This document shows, one piece after another, positions 51,501-64,000 of a stretch of DNA of 64,000 nucleotides. The DNA comes from Fimbriosthenelais zetlandica (taxonomy: Eukaryota). Positions within the stretch are counted from its first letter, which is position 1. Each line of letters starts with the position of its first letter. The notes below the pieces were generated by a model, which saw only the letters and a list, made by a program, of their open reading frames with translations, was not told the origin of the DNA and did no database searches. The stretch covers positions 18,166,001 through 18,230,000 of the forward strand of contig OZ365114.1 in assembly GCA_977030845.1 (NCBI GenBank), written 5' to 3'. The position numbers and the translations under genes are program-made.

Positions 51501-54500
51501 ACTCTGCTTTTTCTGGAGTGATCTCCTAAATTGTGCCCAGTTGTTCTGCTGTTCTTGCTTATCCTTCATGTGAGGTGGCATTTGAATAGGTCGTTCCAGA
51601 AAGAACTTGATTCCTCTGCATGAAAAAAACTGTTTTTGGTCGCTAAACAAGGCAGGCTTCGTCCCTTTAAAGTAAATATGAAGGGTTCCTTTTTTATTGC
51701 GCATGCGCTTTTACTGCAAAACCTGTGGCTTGCAACATGTGTTGGACGTTTTGTCACATTTTTGAAGTCACAAGAAGCTTCAGATGAAGTCACATGAAGC
51801 TCAAAGTTTTACACTGAGACGCATACAGATGAAGGGCATTTTTGTGTGGCAGAGCCTGGAGCCTGATGGCCAAAACTAATCTTGCTCTCAAAATATCAAG
51901 AGTAAGCCTTGGAGCAAGGTTTTCATGAAATAACATTCGTGCATCAAGGCGGCGAGTGATGAGTGAAAATAAATGTTATACATTTACGATAGGCGCGAGT
52001 CCATGGTACAGAGACTATCCCATTTAGCCTTTCACGCAACCAATGGGTTTTTATATACATCCCATATCAGAAATCTAAATTATTGCTGATAATGTAATGG
52101 AAAATGGGTCAGAGAAAAATGAAGCCTAATGCTATATGACAAACATCATGGAAGCAAAATGCTCGTAAAAGTGATGACAGGGTCATATTGGTCATTCCTA
52201 GAGATAAACAACCTCTATATCCCATGTTGTTTAATTCATCAACAGTGACGGTTGATGTTGCTAAAGTGTTCAAGGATTGAAATAGGGTTTATGAATTAAT
52301 TACAGGCAAATGAAAGACCCTTTAGCATCGGATTTTTATTGCTGGCCATATTGAACAAGGTAGGCCTAGAATGTTATGCATATCATGACAATTTCCATAG
52401 AATTTTGCCATGTTAACATTTGTGGGGCCAAATGCTTTGTTTGTTAGATGGAAATAAAAACTACATCTTAATGTCTTGCTGGCATAAATGGGATGTGTCC
52501 ATAAAGGAAAATTTTAAAGAAATTGTGAAAAATTTCTCATTATTTTGCCTCTTTGTTGACCAAGTTTACGTCACAAGCATTTGCAGTAAAAAATAACCTC
52601 AGCGAAAAGTCCATCGCAAACTGGGTGAGTGCATTTCCATGGGTGCAGACATTCTATTGGAAATTGTCATCTAATTGCCTCACATCCCGTCGGAGCAGGA
52701 AATTTGATTAGATGAAGTTAACAAGTTGGCAATAACATCTGACATCGCCTAAATCAGGCTAGCAATGTTAATAACATGGCTGTCATGTTGGAGTTTCTTG
52801 GTACCGGGGTAATTTTTTTTTGCTACGTTGCTTCCTCATTGCTAAACATAGTGTGTCGCAGACTGAAAAATTACTAGTAACTTTACTCAGTTACTTTTGA
52901 AAATAGATTTTAATCAATTGCATAGATGCTATTGTCTTCAAAACTCTGACTACACCTTATATCTAATGTACTATTTGAAATTTAATTCCGTTAATGAGAT
53001 CCGCATGTTTAAACCGTTTTGTTTTTGAAATGAACATTAGGCACATGCCTGGAACATAATAGACACTTCTAAGATGGACTCATTTAATGTTTCAATATTT
53101 TATTTTGTTACTATACACCATGATGCTATACTTAAGCCCTGGAGATTCATGTAAAGCGGCAATGCCGATGTATCCCAGAATAAAGAAGTTTAAACTAAAA
53201 AAAAGTCTGCAAGGTTGAAAAACATACATGGGTGGACATAATTAAACAGGCAATGTCCATTTTGTTTTACAATAACCTGGAATAAAGGCGGGGCAACATA
53301 TATCTAAAATCATTCTCACACAGATGTGTGCATTTGTAAACAATATAACATTGAAATGTCGATAGTACCAAATGCGACAGCTTGATGAAATGATAATCAA
53401 CATGTGTTCATAGTTTTTTTTATTTGATTTTGTTTTATCCTGGAGAGGAATCGGCACAAATGTCGGTTTTCATTCCTAACCAGCTTTCACAAGGAATTAC
53501 TCATTACTTAGAATATTGTTGATCCTCTAAAATATCAAATATCACCCAGAATTCTATTAGTAGGTCCTATAATGCAATGCCCTATGAATTCTAGTTCCCC
53601 GGAATGTTGCAGCGTTAAATCACCAAAATCTCTGACCAATGTATTTTATCACATTTCCTTTCCAAATTGTCCTCTTCTAAACCAGAACACTCAAGATGCA
53701 AATCCAATGTGAAGTAATTAGGTCTGTAACAGTACTCACTCAAGCTGGACCGTTCATTGTTGGTGCTTTTCTACCTGAGTGGTCAAAGACCGCATGGACA
53801 TCAAATGCTTGTTGGTCATTAGGCAGCATTGAGTCTAGAGTGGGATGATCAGACAAAGGCTCTGTCCTCTAGCAGAACTAAATCTCTCTAGTTCCCATGG
53901 TAACATTAAGAGCATTTAGCCTGGTTTTGACGGGATTTGATTGGGGCTGACAGTAATAGAAAATGTAATGGCGCTGACAACTGGGTTAGGAATTCTCGAT
54001 TTTTTTAGGGTCTTATTGTTCGCGAAATCAGAGAAACAATGATCATAAATGAACGTTAACGAAGCTTTTCTGTGATTGCTCTCTTTCAGGCGTTGGAACT
54101 GGACATGTGCAATGAAAGGCCTTGAATACTTATAAGCGTGAGGGTTCTATCTCTCTATATATTATACTAGTTTAACTTTTGATAAAGGTACTGATTGGAT
54201 CATAGATGTGTGCGTAGGGGTCTAGATTTTCACATGGTTATGCATGTTTCGCCTGGTACCCAGTGAACAATTCCTCAGTGTATCCTAACTACATTAGACT
54301 GGGGAAGAGAGATGGTGTGTCAACCTCCAGTTTAATAATGTTAAAGCTTCTTAAAGTGCTCACGTCCTACAAGCCTTTCTCACTGAGCAGACTGCTAAGC
54401 TGTCTTCTTACAAGCCTAATTGTCAGCATGAAGCTGAATAAGACCCATCGTCACATCCCAAGATGCAGAGGGTAAAGCCATGTCATCTTTGTGAAAGAGT

Positions 54501-55296
54501 GTGTTTGGTAAAATTTCAAGGAGGGATTGCCAAGCCAATATTGGCAAGAGCGCTAGGCTTTCACCGTTCAGGTAACCATTAACTGTTCTTAAACAAAATT
54601 ACTGTATGAAAAGGGATTACAGGTCCACGTATCACCTGCAAGACAAATTGCTTATGTGGCAGAAAAATATGGCATAATGGAAGTACGATTAATGCTTCTT
54701 ATTTATGTGACATCTTTCTATTATTGCTCTCGTTGAATGCTGCTGAAAGTAGTCCAATGACCCACGATTCGGAAGAGTGTATAATGAGGAATGTGTTTTA
54801 GCATGTATTGAGCTGTGACCTCAATAATCAGGGAGACCATTGGGACTTGCTATACACTTTTTGGTGACACACTAACGGGCAGTAATTACCTCCATTCATT
54901 TTCTCAAAACCAGCATCCTTATTGCATTATTTGTAGAGATAAAACTGTGGGGCCATTATACTGTAAGCATTTGCTCTTCTACATTAATAATGTAGCATAA
55001 ACAATAATTATGGTCATATTTTACCTCCGAATCAGTATGAGGGCATGAATAGGAGCGCATGCATAGATATATTTCCTAATATCAATCTGCCATCAAGCGT
55101 GAGGAATAGTAACATTTAATATTTCATATTGGTACCGTGATCTGCATATTGCCTCGGCCCCCATGGTGTGTAGTCACCTTGACATGGGGTTTGATGAAGC
55201 TGAGCATCTATAGAAGCAGCAAAGTTACCTCTGAAACCCTGTGAAAAACTTCCTTCAACCAAGGAGTATCCTACAATGAATGCCAGAAAGTAAACA

Positions 55297-55700
55297 GTGT
55301 CTGGCTTCATTGATTATCAAAAAGTATTTGACTATGTCAGCTCACAGCTGATATTTTTCATCAAGACGCAGATTTGCATGCTGGCCATTCACCAAATAAG
55401 TGCGCGAGGAAAAAAAGTGCAATTGTTGCTTTGCACAAGTACTCCACGGTCAAGTGGGTCCTATCTTGCAACTGACAACTCCATTTAATTTTGAATTTTG
55501 AAATAATTTTGATGTAGTGGCGAAGGTCCACATGCCTGCTGCATGTGTTTTTGTTTTGCTCCGTAATGACAGATTTTATCATAATAGCACGTTGTCCCTT
55601 TAAGAGAAGCATAATGGTCAAAGCAACAAGCTCTACCAGACTTAAATGGAAGATTATGCTCTGCTTATGCTGATGATATGCTATTGGTGTCGGCGGATGG
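55297..55700 (+). mobile_element. Decayed LINE reverse transcriptase remnant
   Basis: FIDYQKVFDYV (55306-55338; the RT FID.KAFD.V motif) and AYADDMLLV (YADD at 55666-55677) are in the same frame, 120 codons apart, with intervening stops. Confidence 0.7.
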
Positions 55701-57844
55701 GGGTGGAAGGATTATGTTATAGATGTTGCCCTTTAATGGACAGAGACAAGTACCATAACATATTATGTTAAAGACACAAGTTAACTGACTAGGTACAGTA
55801 CCTGCAGAGTAACGTTATCCAATAATGGTAGAGTTGGGAAAGGAGAAAGCCAGTTACCACTCCAGTCAATTAACATGTGAGTTTTGTGCTTTCCATCTGC
55901 AGCCCCTGTGCGAGTCTATCAATACTCTGGATTAGCTCTTCATATATGCTTTATATACCAACGTGGAAACATTTTACTTTTCCGTACATTCAGCTAAAAC
56001 CCTTTGTTAAATGGGTATATGATACTGTCAGTTTAGGTTATTAACCTATGTCTTGACAAGCAATGAAAGGAATCATGCTTGTGCTGTAACACTATGTCAC
56101 ATATGATGTGAAATCCTATGGATATTTGTCTCCTTCTGGCATACATTCAGCTTTTCAATTTCCAGATAGGGCTGATTCATCCATGCATATCGTATTATCT
56201 CCTCACTCAGTGTTAGACAAAAAACGGACTCACAGTGTAAATTCCATTTGTAACAATATAATGATAACATGGCATTCTACTGGCACTCAAATGGGTAGTT
56301 GATACTAGAGGCAAACATTACCACACTTACCTCAGTGGGATAATGTCGATCAATATTGGCAAGCCCAACATAATAGGGACATCACAAACATTAACAATCA
56401 ACTTTATTTGAAAAAGCGGGTATTGAAAATCATCCAGGCTCATAGGGTAAAGGCAAGGGCAGAGCAGGACAATCGATTAAATGCCAATATATTGCGCCTA
56501 TATATCAAACACATGTCATATTCGAAGGAAGATGGGACATATCTGTCAGTTATATTGGTTTGTAGCCCAATAACACTGATTTAAGTGTCATAGAGCGCTA
56601 GGTACAGCTAAATAGTAATTGTCTGATCGGAAATGTTTACCTGCCATGTGCGCCAATTCTATGAGCTATAGGGGTGAGGTGAGAGGTCCGTAATTCTACG
56701 GGACACGGACCGTGTACTGCCTTATTTGCCAGAACAAATTGAACAATAAGTTTCCCTTATATTTGTTAACAGTTGCCCTAGACCGGACTAAGCTTTAGCC
56801 AATTGTTCTTCACCAAAAACGTCTGTTGTGTCAGTTTTCCATTGATTTAGATGTGAAAAAAAACCACTGCAAATAGGCTGCATGCTGAAGAGGACCAAGT
56901 GCTTGAAAACAGAATGTCCTCCTTCTCTTGTCACTGGTATTTTGAATTGCATGGTCCCAGGAAATAATATCATCTCAGCAATCGTGGGATTTTGTTACGT
57001 TGACGCTTATAATGAATATTTGACAGTCAACCTAAATTTAAAAGAAAAAGTATAAGAACCTGTAAGCATGGGATCTATATATAATAATGCTGTTGCTGAA
57101 TAGTGTAAATCGCCAGTGTCTCTAAAATATCGAAACTTTTTTTAGTTTACTGCATGCATGCCATTAATGGAATCATTATAGTCATTACATGCAATAGAAT
57201 CAAATATGCTTCTTTTATTTATCATTCACTTGGATAACACATGAAGTATTTTTCATTTCCTTTTCCTCTATATTGGATTCAGCTCATGTATTGGCAAATT
57301 GCGAGGCATTGTGGGGTAGAAAGCAGGGAATGTCATTCGTCCCTATTAGCCGGCAAACTCATTTCACTTCTTAACCTTGATCCATTTTGTCAAGCCTGTC
57401 CATCGACTCCTCTTTACCACCTTTTTGCTACCCGTGCAAATGAAGTCAATTTGCTTGTAAAATAATATTTTTCCTCCAAGCTACAATTTGTCCAATATTG
57501 CCAATTGGTTACTACTCCCTCTAGATGCATTTTAAACCATGTGATAGGTGGAACTGTTGCTATGGAAATCACAGCGCTTCACCATGGGAACAGCTTAATG
57601 TCAGGATAGCGTAATGCTCTGTACAGGAATACTTAGCCGATTTTCACAGAGTGTACACGTCCATTGGGGGTAATGCGACAGGCCGATCATGCCATCCAAG
57701 TAATGCTTACCCAATAAGAGGGAACAACCTGAGGCCTAAAGGGAGTCAGGAACTTTTGGTCGAATGAAGAACAAATTGAAGTTGGGCCTTTAGTTTTAAA
57801 TTATGCCAAGCAAAGTCTTCCCAACAAATCGTGAATCCCTTTAT

Positions 57845-58010
57845 GTACTACCACGGTGCTATCATGGCATCTATCGTGTTATATCATGTTAGTTTCTACA
57901 AGCTGAAACTGGAGGGAAAATATCTAATCTACCGTGGTATGTAACTTGTGGTACTATCATGGTATCTACCGTGGTACTATCCTGGGGGTACTATCATGTA
58001 TCTATACCAC
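57845..58010. repeat. Degenerate short tandem repeat (GTGGTACTATCATGGTATCTACC-like)
   Basis: Several imperfect copies of GGTACTATC(A/C)TG and TATCTA(C/T)C. Confidence 0.55.
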
Positions 58011-61000
58011 ATGTGGACTGTGTACAAGTTCATCTCTCATCTGTTCATTGTCAGTAAATCTCAAGTTCGGACATTCATATTATATGACCAAACAATTCAG
58101 TGTACAGAACGACCCAATTATGCAAAGGAAACCTTATGTCCCTCATGGGATGAAAAAGATTAAGTAAGTATGCAAAGGAGACCAACCAGGACAGTATTGC
58201 CAGCTGGACTGTTCAAAATCCTTTTTGTCCACTATCATCCCAAAATGCACTCAACCTTTTTTCCCTGATTCAAATTCAATGCAGATTGGCCAGCAGAACA
58301 AGATCAGATGTCAGACAAGAGTTCTAACGGAAAATTGGATGGAAAAGAATTAACATACAATAACATCTACCGATGTATCAATGGAATCTCAGCGGAAACC
58401 TGCATGGTGAGAAACCTTATTAAGCAGAAGTCAAAGTCCAGGAGTGAAAGCCACATGGGCTTCCTCTCTCCATTACATCTGACTCTGCCGTGTTGGGCAA
58501 TGAGTTGGAATACACGTAATCGAATTGTCACATGGGCTTCTTGATGCACAAAAGCTGGCGAGATGTTAGGGGAATAGGCTAATGATAAAAGACATGTACT
58601 TTGACTGGTGAAAGGTGGTATGTAACTCAATATGACCCCATGACAGGCTGTATTTGCAGAGAGTCTGATGCTTGTGTAATATACCAAAGATCTCTCAAAA
58701 GAGCAGCCGTCCATTCTCTCAGCTTCAGAGTGACCATTTCGGTCAGTGGTGAGGATTCCAGCAGGGGCTTAGACGAGTAGAGATGTACGTGTCTCTTCTC
58801 CAAATATGGCCTGACTGGCGGATGTAGCTGAGAATGGTAAGAGGCAGCATGGAAATGGAACAAATGACAGATAAAGGTCATGTGTTCAGACAATATCCAT
58901 CAAACACTTACATTTCAAGTGAAATATATATTATGTGCTGAGTTTAAAATATCGTTTATTGCATATTGCATAGACCTGCGTGCCAGGTACTTATTCTTCA
59001 TTGTATCGCCTATCTCGTCTACAGTTCCCGCTTCATACTTTTCCCAGTAATAATACATGGTGAGTGACCCAGAATGAGCCAGATACATTAACATGACCAG
59101 TTGAATGTAGTTTATTTATGCAATAATTTGTTTGTCCCCAGCTTTATCATAGAACCCCATGATAACCACGCTGGACATGCATGGTTAATAAGGTCAAAAG
59201 TTTGCAGAGTCCTCTTGATAATTATTCTGTACAACTCCATGGGTAACCCCTGCATTTACTGACTATTAATGTACAATAAGCCCACCCACTATTGGCAAAC
59301 TACTAGTCATTCACCCTAAAAGCAAGCACGGATATTGCATGACAATTCATTAATGGTACGATGGAAAATGCCCATTGTTGATCCCATGACAATCTATCAA
59401 TACGGCACCATGTTAAACTGTTGTGTCTGTATAACAGTTGACATGTCAGAACCCCTGACCCGACCAGAAATCAATAGTTCCTCTCTGTATTTGTTTGACG
59501 ATTGGTGTGTAAACAATAGAAATCCCTGATAATAAACAGGGCAACGTGTTGAGCCCGACACTACTGTTTGCTTAATAAGAAGGCCTTCACGCTACTATTT
59601 CACATTTGCATGCAATACCGCGTGCATAGCATTATGACATGGTGCTGTTCATATTCACTATAATTTACTTGACCTCTTATCTATGTGTGTTGCAACGTAA
59701 TTATGTATTTTTCAATGAGAAATTTCTCTGAGCATGTGACTTTTCCTTGACTACATCCTTCATGCTTCAGTAGACTATATTCTGGAAGTGCATCCAGTAT
59801 GGAGCATTGTATGTGACTTCTATATATACAGTTACTCTTCCACTCATTTTGTTTGTGGTCCTTCTATACAAGAGAAGACTTCTATAGTATTAGAGAAAGG
59901 CGATCCAAAGAGAATCATTCCTGGCTGATTCTCTATTTTCTTTGCTCTCTTCGTCCCTCTGGAGCAGTGCAGACAGACACCATGGAGTGAATAGACCTTC
60001 TATCTGCTGAGGATCCAATAACCAGACCCTGAAGAGGTCATCTCTGCTAGTTGTACACCATGCTCATTTATTCATTGACATTATATGCATCTATAGATAT
60101 ATTTACCATGGCATAGTAGACAGTCAATACAGTTGAGCAGCAATCAGCTCCGTGTATGGTTCAGGCTATAATTGTGTATAATAATTGTCATCGCATGTTT
60201 GCTATTACGTGATAATAGTTTGGAATGAAGATATGAAAGTCTGTCATAGTAACATGGTTTGGGGCGAACAAGACAGATTAACGAGATCTATTATATGATA
60301 CCTGGGACTTCTTAATCAAGTCAGTAAGTAGGGTCTTTTAGAAGAATGAGAAGGCCATGGCACTACTCCATGGCTTCTAGGCTTATTGCTTTTAGATGAC
60401 AGCAAGGCATTCCTTTGCCATGGCAGGAAGGAGAAAAATCCTTAAGTCGCACCTCCACAACAGATATAGGTATATGTGAGAGATGAGGCGTAGATACACC
60501 TTGTATTACAATAGATACTTAACCCTCCATAATTGTCAGGATAAAGAACTACAGTTGTCACAATGCCCAATAATTTTATCCTGATTTATATCAGATCATT
60601 ATTATTACAGAAATCGCCTTAGCAATGAAGATATTAGATATTGATCGGCTCAAACCGCCTACGACAGAGGATGATTTTGAAGCCGTCATATCCTCTGCCA
60701 ATTTATAAGAATGATATGGAATCAATTGACTTACAAACAGTGGGAAAAAAATGAGAATATTTACCTTGCAACTTTTCTCCCATGGTTTGGAGTCATTTTG
60801 CAGTGTATTTACGATAATGTCATATTTCGGTTTTAGGTGTTGCATCCTAAAAGGGACAAATGTACATGTACTTGTCACCATTAGAAAGGTGCTTCTCGGA
60901 ATGTATCAAGGGCATGAAAGAGTGTGGCAAGGTATGGTAAGTTGGACAGCATGTCATTTGTTCTCATTTCAGCTATTATCGCCCGCGTGTTCAGTGTGGG

Positions 61001-64000
61001 ATTACCATCGTCCTTTGTCTCGTACGAGGTGAAGGATTAAGACGGACGGAGTTTCAACCTCATTTAGCCTCGTGATTACAGTTCAGGAGTGAAAGGTGGG
61101 AGGCGAGGTAGTCCCGCCTCTCTTGATGTACTATGCCACTGGGATTACTCTATCAAGCCCTTTCAGGCTGGGTTTCCTTTTAAAGGCAGGCCCTCAGGGC
61201 TCGGTGGCACCAAAATTACCAATTGCCCCCAAACTCTGGGTAATATAAAGTCATTCTCTAAATGCTTTTCACTGCCAAATCTCACATTTGATGCCAGGTT
61301 TTAATGAATATGTAAGAGGACTCCCCAAGTTTTACCAACTAATTGGTGGTCGTAGCAAAAGCCCCCAAAAAGAGCATTACCTCGAATAGTAATAGTGTGG
61401 TAGCTTGCAAAGCCTGATTTTGAAAGCTTCGATGTATCTACCGAGTCTTTAGTATTAAAGGCTCTCGGTGCATGACTGTATCAACTAGAATGGACCCTTG
61501 CCCATACAAGAAGCTATATAAATGAGTGTTCCCGAAGCACCTGGTGGCTAATTCACCAGCTCCCCCTACAGGGAACAATCTAATGATTTAATGGTGGGCG
61601 CCAGGTCAATGGTGACCTCCTTCGTTGTTCAACTCACGTGAGAAATGTCCCCCTACTGACTGAAATCTATTGTCGGCACTATAAACACAACTTATGGTCC
61701 TTCCCTAGAAAAAGAAAGGCAAGAGCAAATGAGAGGAAGAGAAAAAGTCCAAGGCAGACCCTACAAAACATTGTAGTCTGAACTACAACAGTTGGATTTT
61801 GTAGTAGGGTAATGTTGTCACGCTTGCGCATGATTTGCTGCAGAATATTTTAATTAATCTTATCTCTCTGGAACAGGAAATGGATGAGAGATGTTCTAAT
61901 AAGGAAAGTAAAATATTTGCGTTATCATCTATTGCTGGGAAGAGTGTTGCTAACTTCATCATAGGTGTTGACAATTTTACCTCAGCTTGAATTACATTTT
62001 ACGGTCGGAAGACTGGAACAACATTTTCATGACAACAAATATTTGCAGCAATCCATTCCACTAAAAATATTGTTATAGTTTCCTCTAAAATGAGCAGGGA
62101 CATCAACATGAATCTGCTTAGATTCAGCAATGTCATTTGGAGGTTGAATCCACGCAGTGGTCCATGAATTTAAAGCCTATAGAAGATGATCCTTCCAGAA
62201 CTTTATTTGGATGTTTAGAGCTGCAGGTGAGGCAGAAGCACAATCAATCCCTTGGAAATAACTGCATCCTGTTTATTTGATTCAGACCAAGTGTTTATCT
62301 TCAAAGAACAATTTCTTGTGGAATTAAAAGATGGCAAAGTGTTGGCGATAATTATTTCCAGATGGGGCTGGATACTTTTGATGGGAGCCGGATAATCAGG
62401 AGACGCACATAACTCAGTCTGATTTTCCTCATCATTAATATTGCCTAAAGAGTCCGGTAACACTCATCCGGAAACAGATCCTTCAGACCTGGCAATGGTG
62501 CAATTGAGACTGAACCTAAATTGCTGAGGTGATTTCGTTTTCTTTCCAACTACCTTTCATCCACATTTGTTTACTTGAACGGTTTTGATTATAGATTTAT
62601 TTTTGGACTACCAAATAATATTTTAATGTAGGTGGGTCAGTTTTTATATGACATTTGCACTCTGTTCAAGCCTTCATGAATTGACACTTCTGTCTTCTTG
62701 ACATTCTTCTGTTAAAATGGCCAAAGGGATGTAGTATCCATTGGGGGTAATAAAGGTAGCATTACATGCACCTTATGTTCCCTTGCCATCATCAAGGATT
62801 TATGCAGTGCTTTCCTCTCCCAGCAGCACTGCTGCATCTGGCTTCATATTCTGTCACTCCACATTATAGTGTTGGGCTGGGAGTGGGCTATGCCTCCCCC
62901 TGGGAAAAAAGTATTTCCTTCTTGTTGGAATCACATCTACATATCAATGGGTATTTTAAAAGGTGAAAGACGATAGATAAGTGGTGTTAAGACTCTAAAG
63001 GATTGGAGTTAGGGCAGGAAAGGACACTCTAAAACTTAGAAAGTGTACTTAAGGATTCTACTTCCTTTGGTAAGCACTTTTTTTCCTTTAAGAAGTCAAG
63101 CCCCTTCACTGCACATTGACATGATATTTCAGAATATCCCTATACCCATTATCCCTTCATTATAGTGTTGACCTGTCCATTTTGGAGAACACTGTCTGAA
63201 TAGGCACTTAAAGACCATTCATCACCAATTACGGACCCATGTGAATGTCCATCCATGCGTTGCACGGTAACCGTTGAATGAATGGGTCAAACGCACTTGG
63301 AAATCACAGATCGATGATCTTGCTGGTGATCATCTCTATCATTCCGAAGAATTTCTCTAAACATGACCCATAGTAACAATCATAGAAACCAAAATCGCCA
63401 AGGTCCACTCTTTTCTGGAAAGGTCATATCCATATCCCATGTCAACACTTTTGATATGCAGCTGTAGGCCAGACCTACCCACTTGACAGTTGGCTGACAA
63501 TTGTGCCAACTGCCCCTCAAAATATGGGGATCTGATCTTGTACAGTACTAATAATCTCCATTGTCCATCAAATCAATTCGGGCAGCCTGCGGCATGTCTG
63601 GCGTGCCTCGAGACTTCACTTTCTCTGGCAGGTCTCGGCGGTTCGCCTGATCACATGTGCTTGTACACAATGACTGACATAGACCGGCCCTCTCCTCCAA
63701 AACCCTATTCAAATACAGGATATACAGTTATGAAGTCGGACATCTTCAACCGAAGCTGTGCCAACTCTTTCACATATCTCCACAGTTCTCAATTTTCAGG
63801 ATCTCGGAAGACCTTTAAACACATGAACACATTTCCAAACAATTCCAAAATGCTATTCAGTTGAACAGAACAATAGGATCTTTGAACACTAGAACACAGT
63901 TCCAGCCACAATTGACAATTTGTGTCAGTTCCCTAGAACATGACCACATTTCAGAATGAGTCCTTGTTTGTAAACTACGGTAATCAGTTACAGCTAGAGA

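Noticed and set aside
63490-63864. 124-aa + strand ORF (and similar 111-118 aa ORFs at 33791 and 30071)
   Set aside because: Non-ATG or weak starts, composition typical of antisense or non-coding frames, no recognisable domain and no splice partners.

Overview
AT-rich, visibly CpG-poor animal genomic DNA, probably from an invertebrate: the proteins resemble protostome orthologues, but the species cannot be determined. Two intact spliced genes face each other convergently. (1) Mitochondrial ribosomal protein bL17m (MRPL17), + strand, join(206..403,848..919,1177..1315,1605..1822), 208 aa. (2) A tachykinin-receptor-family GPCR, - strand, join(31967..32496,17467..17676,14140..14290,12429..12625,11742..11997), 447 aa, with the five-coding-exon layout of the TACR family. 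About 5 kb upstream of the receptor start is the most conspicuous unexplained structure: a ~5.9 kb foldback-type palindromic element (37619..43551). Each arm carries ~355-bp tandem units, and the core holds 21-bp minisatellite arrays in alternating orientation. The receptor 5' UTR contains a chain of uORFs joined by two successive ATGA stop/start overlaps that lead into the main start codon. The rest is intron/intergenic DNA with a ~70-bp MITE family (4 copies), a probable Kolobok-type MITE, decayed LINE and Gypsy remnants, and microsatellites. Almost all other ORF-track entries are chance or repeat-generated. No rRNA, tRNA or CRISPR array was found. All identities were estimated by eye; no database searches were run.
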